From Candidatus Bathyarchaeia archaeon (lineage in GTDB: Archaea; Thermoproteota; Bathyarchaeia; Bathyarchaeales; Bathycorpusculaceae): a DNA stretch of 64,000 bases. Location: positions 1 through 64,000 of the forward strand of contig JAVZNE010000002.1 in NCBI GenBank assembly GCA_038882975.1, given 5' to 3'. The translations under genes and the position numbers were made by a program. The notes beneath the pieces are model-generated. The model worked only from the letters and a program-made list of their open reading frames with translations. It was not told the origin of the DNA and did not search any database. Every line of letters begins with the position of its first letter. Position 1 is the first letter of the stretch. Positions 1-7,530 of this stretch are shown here, piece by piece.

Positions 1-1
1 A

Positions 2-229
2 GACTGCCCTCCCGTGGAAAACTATAATATGGGAAGCTATTGGACGGGTGAAAACCACGCTGAAGCCGTCAGATTCATAGTTGACAGGGCTAGGTGGGCT
101 GAACCCATCATAGAAGAGGAGCTTTACACGCTCATAGACTTTTACTTGGCTCTTGAAAACTGGGATTTGAAAAGTCCTCTTCCGCCTTTCACTTCAAACG
201 AGGAGCTTTTCAGCTGGGGGCTGCTTTAA
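2..229 (+). CDS. Hypothetical protein, 3' part (truncated by window start)
   Basis: Frame is open from position 2 to TAA at 227-229 and is followed by the element's recurrent intergenic motif. Confidence 0.55.
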   Translation, partial: DCPPVENYNMGSYWTGENHAEAVRFIVDRARWAEPIIEEELYTLIDFYLALENWDLKSPLPPFTSNEELFSWGLL

Positions 230-252
230 CCTTTTTCTAGCTGGGGTGTGTT

Positions 253-480
253 ATGGTCAAAGCCACGTTTGAACCGCCTAAGTGTCCACACTGCGGAGCC
301 AACTTGTTCAGGGTTGTTGAGCGAAACAGAATAGTCTATGCCTTTAAACCAGAAGAGGGAAGGTTTATCGAGGTTGACGGAGAAGCTGAAATGGAATGCC
401 CAGAATGCCACGCAGACCTATACGATTTATTCCCAGACGGAGTCTGCAACTTCGTCAGCAACAGTGGTGAAAAACCTTGA
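253..480 (+). CDS. Small Zn-ribbon protein
   Basis: CPHC...CPEC pairs; GGGGTG SD at 243-248. Confidence 0.7.
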   Translation: MVKATFEPPKCPHCGANLFRVVERNRIVYAFKPEEGRFIEVDGEAEMECPECHADLYDLFPDGVCNFVSNSGEKP

Positions 481-809
481 AAATAACAACCAAGAAGGCT
501 TACCCCTTCAGAAGCTTCTATGAGGGCAAGAAGCGACTAGCCTTCTACGTGATAAGCGTTTTGGGCAAGGAATCGCAAATCACCATATACTCAGACCTAA
601 TAAAGAAAGCTAACCCAGAAATAGACTCTTTAGGCGTTAGGAAAAGCGAGTTTGAAAACGACACCTTCAGGGTTCAAGAGTTCCTCGAGAAGTATCTTCC
701 AAAAGAACTTGCTGAAGCCATATTCAAATACGCCAGAAAAGACTTAGGCTGCAAAGGTGGCTTTTCACTTAAAGCCTACATAGGTTGGAAGGGAAAGGAT
801 ACGCGGTGA
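477..809 (+). CDS. Hypothetical protein with C-terminal FSLKAY motif
   Basis: TTGA overlap with the upstream stop; 110-aa ORF. Confidence 0.6.
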   Translation: MKITTKKAYPFRSFYEGKKRLAFYVISVLGKESQITIYSDLIKKANPEIDSLGVRKSEFENDTFRVQEFLEKYLPKELAEAIFKYARKDLGCKGGFSLKAYIGWKGKDTR

Positions 810-1033
810 GTTTCGTTGATAAAAAGGAAATTCCTCTGTGGAAGAGGCTTATTATAAGGGTTGTTGGCAACGCCTACGCCTATGAAAGAGACTCAATACG
901 CTACTATTTTGGTTACTGCCCAAAGTACGGATACTTTATAGACCATCCAGCCGGATACTATGGAAAGCTTCACTGCCCAAAATGCATTGAAGAAACAGAG
1001 CTCAGAATCGCATCTCAAAAACGAGCATTTTAG
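806..1033 (+). CDS. Small putative Zn-binding protein
   Basis: GTGA overlap with the upstream stop; CPKY...HCPKC. Confidence 0.6.
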   Translation: MSFVDKKEIPLWKRLIIRVVGNAYAYERDSIRYYFGYCPKYGYFIDHPAGYYGKLHCPKCIEETELRIASQKRAF

Positions 1034-1068
1034 TTGTTTCTTTCTCCTTTTTCTTCGGGGTGTTTTCT

Positions 1069-1982
1069 TTGATAAAGGTGATGCTTTGTCAGACAGGGGA
1101 TTTAAGCGACCTTAAAAGGCAGGGTTTTGTTGCGGAGCCGAAAGGGTGGGTTCAAACCCCACGCCGGCAGATACGATGGAACAAGATGTGTGATTATCAA
1201 GGAGAAGGGCGAGGTTACGCTTCAGAACCGCCATGGCATAATCTATACGGTGAGGCTTCCGGAGATTGTTGAGGCTGCAAAGGCTATTCCTGGAAGCTTC
1301 ATAATCGACGGTGAAGTGGTTTACGTAAACCCAGAAACAGGGCGGGAGGAGTTTACGCCTTGCCAGAGGCGTTGCAGCACCCAGTTTCCGGATCCTCTCT
1401 TGATACGCAAGTACCCCGTAGTCTTCAAGGCTTTCGACATTATAAAGCTTGGAAGCGAGTATGTTGTTGACAAGCCCTACTGGAAGAGGAAGACGCTTCT
1501 AAGAGGGTTAATAGGCAAGTCTGGTGTCATACAGTTTGTTCAGTATAGGCGGGATGTTGAGAGAGCTTGTTGGAGGTTGTTGAGCAGCAGAGGGAAGGCC
1601 TAATCCTCAAGGATTTTAACAGCCGCTACGCTTTAGGCGAACGCTCATGGAGCTGGCTTAAAATAAAGAACTGGCGGACTGAAGAGTGCCTTGTCGTGGG
1701 CTACTGTCCCAGCAGCAAGGGCAGACAATTCGGAAGCCTAGTTTTGGCCAGCCCGAGGGATGGAAGCTTCAGGGGATGCGTTGGCTCAGGCTTCAACGAC
1801 TATGAAATGGCTAAGATATGGGAAGTCCTCAACCACAGCCAGAAAACGAAAAGCCCTACCCTGAAACGCTTGTAGGCGAGCCCTACATAGCCGTCAAAGC
1901 CAACCTAAAAGTCCTCGTCAAATACTATGAAACCACGGAGAACGGGCATTTGAGGCATCCGGTGTTCATCAAAATCCTCTAG
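1069..1982 (+). pseudogene. ATP-dependent DNA ligase (LigD/LigC-type ligase domain, ~295 aa when reconstructed), interrupted by a 28-nt BHB-type insertion and two 1-nt deletions
   Basis: Motifs spread over four reading segments: I EPK/YDGTR, III IIDGEVV, IIIa FKAFDII, IV REGLILK, V WLKIK, VI GHLRHPVF. TTG start at 1069 after GGGGTG; stop TAG at 1980-1982; 914-28+2=888 nt is in frame. Confidence 0.85.
1143..1170 (+). other. Candidate archaeal BHB-type mRNA intron (28 nt) in the ligase catalytic Lys codon
   Basis: Central helix GCCG(1137-1140)/CGGC(1165-1168), 3-nt bulges AAA(1141-1143) and AGA(1169-1171), inner hairpin GTGGG-TTCAAAC-CCCAC. Cutting after the 2nd nt of each bulge gives GAG CCG AAA TAC GAT GGA ACA AGA = EPKYDGTR. 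Confidence 0.75.
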
Positions 1983-2011
1983 CCTCCCTTTTTCTTTCAC
2001 GGGGTGCTTCT

Positions 2012-2797
2012 ATGCCCCTAAGGATAAAGACTGCTGGAATAGAAGTAGACGTCAAAATGAAGCCTGTGGGCAACGAGATTATGGTGCCTCAGCCAGAGAT
2101 CCAAATGCGCAGAATTGACACAGGCGACCTTCTAGAGAAGGTTAGGGTTGTGGCTGACCGCCGTTTCCTATGGATTGGACATGGAAAGGAGCTAGCCACG
2201 GAAACAAGGCTCATAGACCCGGAGACTGGAAAGCAGGTGCCAAGCAGCGAGGCTCTTGAAATTCTATCCCACTACAGCTACAAGCTTGTTGATTCTAAGG
2301 GCAACGTTGTTGACGAGAGGGAGATGGGCGAGCTTATAGAATACTATTACGTGGACGAGAAGGGCGATGAACACGTTGTCCGGCCATTCGAAAGAACACA
2401 GCTTTTGGACATTCCGCCTGAGAATTGGGTTCCATCAACAGTAGTGGACGAGTTTGTTATTACAGCTGTCTATGAACTCTACACGGACAAGAAATTGGAC
2501 ATGGTTAAGCTTTGGGAGCTCGCCGAGAAAATGCTCAAAGAGGATAAGGTTGGCGTAACCACATATAGCCACGGAAGAGGTTTCGTAAGCTACTATGCAT
2601 TTCTGTGCCCAATAATGGTGAATGGAAAGTTCGGCTGGCTTTTGAAGCTGACGGACACTAAGATGAGGTTCGACCATTTGATGGAGATACCGGCCAAGAT
2701 TCCGCTGCCCGTTAAGCAGGCTCCAACCCTTGAGAGGCTACCGCCAGTCCAGCTTATAGTGGCAACAGCCAAGAAAAAGAAGCAGCAGACAGGCTAA
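2012..2797 (+). CDS. Divergent Ku-like DNA end-binding protein
   Basis: Segments parallel the prokaryotic Ku core: IEVDVKMKPV; RLIDPETGKQVPSSE; ERTQLLDI..NWVPSTVVDEFVITAVYEL; LWELAEKMLKEDKVGV..YYAFLCP; basic C-terminal tail; directly downstream of the ligase. Confidence 0.6.
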   Translation: MPLRIKTAGIEVDVKMKPVGNEIMVPQPEIQMRRIDTGDLLEKVRVVADRRFLWIGHGKELATETRLIDPETGKQVPSSEALEILSHYSYKLVDSKGNVVDEREMGELIEYYYVDEKGDEHVVRPFERTQLLDIPPENWVPSTVVDEFVITAVYELYTDKKLDMVKLWELAEKMLKEDKVGVTTYSHGRGFVSYYAFLCPIMVNGKFGWLLKLTDTKMRFDHLMEIPAKIPLPVKQAPTLERLPPVQLIVATAKKKKQQTG

Positions 2798-2825
2798 ACC
2801 CTTTTTCTCCTTTTCGGGGTGCCTT

Positions 2826-3764
2826 TTGGATAAGAAGAGCAACCTAGAGGAGTTGCTTTACAGGGTTAGGCTTAAGAGAGCCAAAGAAGGCGATGCCAAG
2901 CAGCTTTTCAAGGGCGTTATGGACGAGGTTTACCACGCTACTGGGCATTCGACCAGGCGTTGCTGGGAGATAGCCATAGAGCTTGTAGCTGACCATTTAG
3001 GCATAATAGAGGAGCCTTGGCGGTACTCGCTTCCAGATCTGCCTAAAAGCCAGCTTTTCAAGGGAGAAATAAAGCCTACAAAATGCGAGGCTCCTAAGGA
3101 TTTGGCTGAACGTGTCAGGCAGACAGGCCTAATTGAAGAGTTTGTGGAGGCTGCAAGGGCTAAGCCATGGGACTACATTGGCGAAGTATTCTTAGAGGAG
3201 AGGCTTTCAAACAACAGGCTTGGACAGATGCTAACGCCTAGAAGCGTTGTCCAGCTTATGCTCCAAATGGTCATGGCGGACTATTTTCTCAAGAAGGAGA
3301 GGGTTTGGGTTGACGCTGAAACATTGCTTTGGGCTGCAGAATACACGCTTAAGCACGGCCCACCCTTATGGGCGAGCAAAGCCTTGGAGAGGGCCTCCAA
3401 AAACATTGAAAGCCTCAAAAGACCCCAAACAATTCTCGACCCTGCAGTTGGGACTGGACGCTTTCTTATAGAAGCGAGCCTCATGTATTCGGACGAGCCC
3501 CTTGTGCTATTTGGCATAGACATTGATGTTTGGATGTATAGGGCTTGCCTAGTCAACATGGCCTTGTTCAGCAGACACCCATACAGCATTGTCTGTGCAA
3601 ACTCGCTCTTAATAGATCCAAAATATGCTGGGCCATCAAGCCCGCTGTGGGATTACGGAAACCTTTGGGAGCCGGCTGACGTTTCAAAATTCTACATTAA
3701 GCCCCCGCCCATAACGGCTGATAAATTCAACCTGGCAGAGTGGATCAAAATCAGGCGTAAATAG
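2826..3764 (+). CDS. HsdM/N-6 DNA methylase-like protein, short, lacking a canonical NPPY/F motif IV
   Basis: GQMLTP, ILDPAVGTGRFL (SAM-binding motif I), GIDID, CANSL; protein ends soon after. Confidence 0.75.
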   Translation: MDKKSNLEELLYRVRLKRAKEGDAKQLFKGVMDEVYHATGHSTRRCWEIAIELVADHLGIIEEPWRYSLPDLPKSQLFKGEIKPTKCEAPKDLAERVRQTGLIEEFVEAARAKPWDYIGEVFLEERLSNNRLGQMLTPRSVVQLMLQMVMADYFLKKERVWVDAETLLWAAEYTLKHGPPLWASKALERASKNIESLKRPQTILDPAVGTGRFLIEASLMYSDEPLVLFGIDIDVWMYRACLVNMALFSRHPYSIVCANSLLIDPKYAGPSSPLWDYGNLWEPADVSKFYIKPPPITADKFNLAEWIKIRRK

Positions 3765-3792
3765 CCCTTCTTTTTCTGTCCGGGGTGGCGTT

Positions 3793-4233
3793 ATGGGAAC
3801 CATAAGGAGCGAATACTCCATTGAGCAGTTTGAGGCTGCCCTTCAGAGGTTCGCCCATGAAGTTACTGGCATGATGCAGAGGATAGACGAGATACATGTC
3901 AGGTCAGAAAACGTGGCTGTCGACTTGGAGTTCAGATACGGCGTTAAGGGCGAGATAACGAAGATATACGTGTCGTTTTACAAGAGGGACAAGCCAGACT
4001 CTTGGGGAGAATGGCTGTCCTTCACGGTCGAGCCTAAGGACTATGTTGACAGCCCCCACATAACAAAGATCCATTATGAAGGGGCAAGCGACAAGCAGTA
4101 CAGCGAGAAAATCCTAGCATGGCTTAAAAGCCTCCTAGGCTCAGAGAAACCAGCAATAAGCTTCTCCCTAAAAGACTTCTCAAAGAAGGTTGACAGAAAG
4201 CTCACGGACTACAAGGCTTTTTCGAAGGGTTAA
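3793..4233 (+). CDS. Hypothetical protein with C-terminal FSLKDF and RKLTDY motifs
   Basis: 146-aa ORF, GGGGTG SD. Confidence 0.7.
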   Translation: MGTIRSEYSIEQFEAALQRFAHEVTGMMQRIDEIHVRSENVAVDLEFRYGVKGEITKIYVSFYKRDKPDSWGEWLSFTVEPKDYVDSPHITKIHYEGASDKQYSEKILAWLKSLLGSEKPAISFSLKDFSKKVDRKLTDYKAFSKG

Positions 4234-4235
4234 AC

Positions 4236-4646
4236 ATGGAATCCCTTGTCAGAATGTTCAGAGAATCGCTTTTCAAAGCCTTCTACGATTGGCTTGAAAA
4301 GAACAAGACTGCCATAGGCGAGAAATGGTATGTTTACGCCTTTAATGAAGCTAAGAAAGCTGAGGATTTAGCCGACAATGCAATAGGCGTTGTTGGAGCA
4401 GCCATGTGGATTTTCAACACGATAGCGAACTGCGGCGTAATGGCAGGCGTAGGGCCAGACGGCTACAGCTTACAATATTTGGAAAACTCCAAAATCGATG
4501 AGGCCTCAACAAGAAGGCTTCTAATGATGATTGTGGCGTGTCTAAACCTTCAATATCTGCCCATTGAAGAGGCTAAGAAGCCCATTCTAATAATTAGCCG
4601 CAGCAAGTTTTCTTTGAAGCTTTTTGTGGAGGATAGGAAATCATAA
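4236..4646 (+). CDS. Hypothetical protein with C-terminal FSLKLF motif
   Basis: 136-aa ORF starting 2 nt after the upstream stop. Confidence 0.65.
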   Translation: MESLVRMFRESLFKAFYDWLEKNKTAIGEKWYVYAFNEAKKAEDLADNAIGVVGAAMWIFNTIANCGVMAGVGPDGYSLQYLENSKIDEASTRRLLMMIVACLNLQYLPIEEAKKPILIISRSKFSLKLFVEDRKS

Positions 4647-4681
4647 ATACCAGCTTGTGGTATGAGTTTTATGGTGTTGGT

Positions 4682-4870
4682 ATGCCTAAGGGACCTGAAT
4701 GGCTGACTGTGAGGCTGACTCCGGAGCTTATGGAGAAAATGAACTCCTATATTCTGGCAGTGGCCAACAAAATGGGACGCATACCTCAAGGCCTAAAAAC
4801 CAAGATAGTCCATGAAGCCCTCGAGGAATGGTTCAAAAACCACGGCGACGACCTCGAAAGGTTCACATAA
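4682..4870 (+). CDS. Ribbon-helix-helix DNA-binding protein
   Basis: LTVRLTPELMEKM...KIVHEALEEWF pattern; ATG at 4682. Confidence 0.65.
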   Translation: MPKGPEWLTVRLTPELMEKMNSYILAVANKMGRIPQGLKTKIVHEALEEWFKNHGDDLERFT

Positions 4871-4896
4871 CTTTTTCTATTATGGGGTGAAAACAG

Positions 4897-6393
4897 CTAC
4901 CTAACAAACTCAATCCTAAAGCCCCTCTCGGTTATGGCGTAAAGCCTCTTCTGATATTTTTCAAACTCCTCCTCGGTAATGAGGATTATGTGCTCTGGCT
5001 CTTCTTTTGCTGAATGCATTAAACGACCAAACCTTTGGCTTTCCTGCATCCTGCTCCCATAAAGATAAGCCACTTCAACAACGCGTTCGACGTCTGGCAA
5101 ACTTATTCCCTCATCGCCAACACGACTGACAACACAAGCCTGACTTTCCCGGATAACTTCAAGCCTGTCCTTTGTTTCTCCGTAAACAAATGGTATGTTG
5201 AAGGTTTTGGCTATCTTCTCGCCCAAATCAAGCCAATCACAGAAAATCAATGTCTTAACGGGTATTTGCAGTAGCTCGCCAAGCTTACGCATTTTCTCAC
5301 GGTTATCGCTTAAAATATAAACTCTGAAGGTTGGTTTTCGCACAACCTGAAGCCTAATCAGTTCCTCCCAGCTCATGCCCACCGGAAAGCCTGTCAAAGC
5401 AATAATGTAGTTTTCGCGCCCATCCTCACGATAAGGCGAACCGCTAAAGCCCATACGGTATTTAGCCTTCAAAGTAGCCAAGCGGACAAACGAGTTTGCA
5501 GGAAGATGTTGACACTCGTCAAAAATGATTAGGCTGTATTCGTTGTTTTTGACCTTGTTATATGCGTGGTAGGTTATAACTTCTATTTCGTGGCGGTATT
5601 GTGGAATATATTTTGCTATGCGTTCAAGCCACTGCTCCTTAAGCGTTAAAGTTGGCACGACAACGAGTTTTCTGCCCTTAATTCTTGCAAGGGCATATAT
5701 TCCAAAAAGGCTTTTCCCGCTACCGAAAGCCCAGAAAACTCCTATAGCCCCTTTGTTCAGGAACTCGTTCCAAGCGTATTCCTGGTAGCTTCGCAGCGTT
5801 ATGCCATCGTAGGGCCTAAGGTCTTCTTCTTTTACTGGAATGGGCATGAAGGGTAATGTGCCGTCCTCAATCATTTGGGCGATTAGCTTAAACTCGTAGC
5901 CCTTCTTTATGCGGAGCCTGTCCTCGCCTTCACGCCTCGTTATAAAATGCTTGTATCGGCGTAGGGCTTCTTCTTGCAGTTCCTTGCCAGTCAGCAACAT
6001 GCCATCGTAGACTTTGAAGGGCAAGGGCTTGGCGAACTTGAACTTTTCTTCCAGGCTTGGCGGGATTTCGCTGAACCACTTGACGTAGCGGTTTACGGCG
6101 AAGATGTTGTAGCTTTTTGTTGAGCGTTCAAGCCAGCCTATGCTGAAATTAAGCCATTTTGGGGCGATAACATACCATTCATTAGCCCTTTTAGGAATAA
6201 TAACGTATGGCTCTTCGAAGAAGGATTCTAAAAATTCTCGGCGTATCTGGCTGAAGCGGAAAAGCTCCATTTTACGCTCAAAGTCGCTGCGGATTTGACT
6301 CTGCAAAATGTCGATTGAATGTTTTAATTCTTCCAGCTTTGCGAGGGCTTCAGCAACTTTTTTGCTGACATCAGCCGTGTCGAACTCGCTCAA
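4897..6393 (-). CDS. XPB/Rad25-like SF2 helicase (ResIII-type) with N-terminal coiled coil
   Basis: LRSYQ Q-motif, GSGKS Walker A, DECQH, SGSP, EGISLP, QRFGR. Confidence 0.85.
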   Translation of the reverse strand: MSEFDTADVSKKVAEALAKLEELKHSIDILQSQIRSDFERKMELFRFSQIRREFLESFFEEPYVIIPKRANEWYVIAPKWLNFSIGWLERSTKSYNIFAVNRYVKWFSEIPPSLEEKFKFAKPLPFKVYDGMLLTGKELQEEALRRYKHFITRREGEDRLRIKKGYEFKLIAQMIEDGTLPFMPIPVKEEDLRPYDGITLRSYQEYAWNEFLNKGAIGVFWAFGSGKSLFGIYALARIKGRKLVVVPTLTLKEQWLERIAKYIPQYRHEIEVITYHAYNKVKNNEYSLIIFDECQHLPANSFVRLATLKAKYRMGFSGSPYREDGRENYIIALTGFPVGMSWEELIRLQVVRKPTFRVYILSDNREKMRKLGELLQIPVKTLIFCDWLDLGEKIAKTFNIPFVYGETKDRLEVIRESQACVVSRVGDEGISLPDVERVVEVAYLYGSRMQESQRFGRLMHSAKEEPEHIILITEEEFEKYQKRLYAITERGFRIEFVR

Positions 6394-6509
6394 GCTTTTA
6401 GCTTCTCCTTGATTTTTCTGTTGTATTTCTCGATGAGGGCTGAGTAGGCTTCCAGGTCTAAAGCCGTCCGCTCAAGCCTCTCTGCAAGGGACAAAAGCCT
6501 ATTAGCCAA
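6390..6509 (-). CDS. 39-aa coiled-coil protein (not in ORF track)
   Basis: MANRLLSLAERLERTALDLEAYSALIEKYNRKIKEKLKA; overlaps both the ParB stop and the helicase start (TTGA). Confidence 0.55.
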   Translation of the reverse strand: MANRLLSLAERLERTALDLEAYSALIEKYNRKIKEKLKA

Positions 6510-7482
6510 CGATAGGCTGTTCAAAACCTCTTTCCCCAGCCATTTTAATGGCTTTCTGCGCTACTTCTTCCCGCTGTTCTTCAGTTAGTTTTTCCCAAAA
6601 GACGATGAAGATTGAGGCTTTAATGACGTCTTTCAAGTATTTGCCTTTGTATCTCTCGTATATGTAGTCGATTAAAATCATTGGATAATGCTCTTTTAAC
6701 TCCATGATCCTTTCGTAGGCCACCTCTTCCGGAGTTTTCGGCTTTAAGGGAGGTGCTACAATTTTTTCAGCTTCTTCAACAAGCTTGGGCTTTGGGAGTT
6801 CAAGGATTCTTTCGGCTTCTTCAGGTTTTGTGATGAAGGCTTTGGCGACTTTCCTTGCTTCTTTTGCGCTTAGCCCCTTTTCAGTTATTGTTTCAACGAG
6901 TTTTGGCTGCTTATCTTCTGGCAGGGAAGCTATGACCTCGATGTGTTTTCCAGATAAGGGCTGTCCCGTGAAAGCTTTTTGGAGGATCTTCTTCCTTGCC
7001 TCCTTCTCCACTTTCATGCGTTTGAGTATTTGCCACACGCGCCGCTCGCTTACCCTAAACATTTCAGCCAATTGGGTGCCGGTGAACCCTTTCTGGTAGA
7101 AATAGTTGAAGCATATGGCTTCAAGCATTGGGTCGACAAAGCCCCTTTCCTTGTTACGCTTGTAGTTTATGATGTATGCTTCGTCGCGGGTGCACTCTAT
7201 TATTATGGCCCGCATTTCAGTCCATTTGAGAAGCCTTGCGATTTCCCACCTTGTGTGTCCGTCAATGATTTCGTATTTGGCAGATGGGTATTTCCCTTTG
7301 GCTTCTTCGATCTCTTCAGGGGTCATCCTCCTAACAAGCAGGGGGTCTATGCTGTTCAAGTCCTTGGTTTTCATGTCTTCCCTGAGCATGTCCTCTTCTT
7401 CCCTGCCGATAACCGTGAAGTGCATTGGCAGGGGCTTCAACTGCTCAATAGGGATAAGCTCAATTTCCGCCATTTTCACCAT
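6502..7482 (-). CDS. ParB/Srx-family protein with HTH
   Basis: PLLVR...YEIIDGHTRWEIA ParB motif; HTH GFTGTQLAEMFRVSERRVWQIL. Confidence 0.85.
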   Translation of the reverse strand: MVKMAEIELIPIEQLKPLPMHFTVIGREEEDMLREDMKTKDLNSIDPLLVRRMTPEEIEEAKGKYPSAKYEIIDGHTRWEIARLLKWTEMRAIIIECTRDEAYIINYKRNKERGFVDPMLEAICFNYFYQKGFTGTQLAEMFRVSERRVWQILKRMKVEKEARKKILQKAFTGQPLSGKHIEVIASLPEDKQPKLVETITEKGLSAKEARKVAKAFITKPEEAERILELPKPKLVEEAEKIVAPPLKPKTPEEVAYERIMELKEHYPMILIDYIYERYKGKYLKDVIKASIFIVFWEKLTEEQREEVAQKAIKMAGERGFEQPIVG

Positions 7483-7530
7483 CCCAAAATATCAACCCAA
7501 CATACTGAACCCGGTTCAGTATGTTGAAGG

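Noticed and set aside
1565-1588. Possible second BHB intron (GCTT/GAGC helix; removing 1571-1587 would restore the frame)
   Set aside because: No real inner or outer helix, and excision would delete much of the helix before motif IV; a single missing G explains the shift better.
1843-1855. Programmed -1 frameshift at ACGAAAAG in the ligase
   Set aside because: Not a canonical X XXY YYZ heptamer and no clear downstream stimulator; a 1-nt deletion is simpler.
1060-1875. Three separate ORFs in the supplied track (1060-1272, 1127-1603, 1567-1875)
   Set aside because: They are consecutive fragments of one ligase gene, which continues in another frame to 1982.
230-4896. CRISPR array or integron attC sites
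   Set aside because: The repeats are short, degenerate, non-palindromic and separated by whole genes; no cas or integron integrase gene is present in the window.
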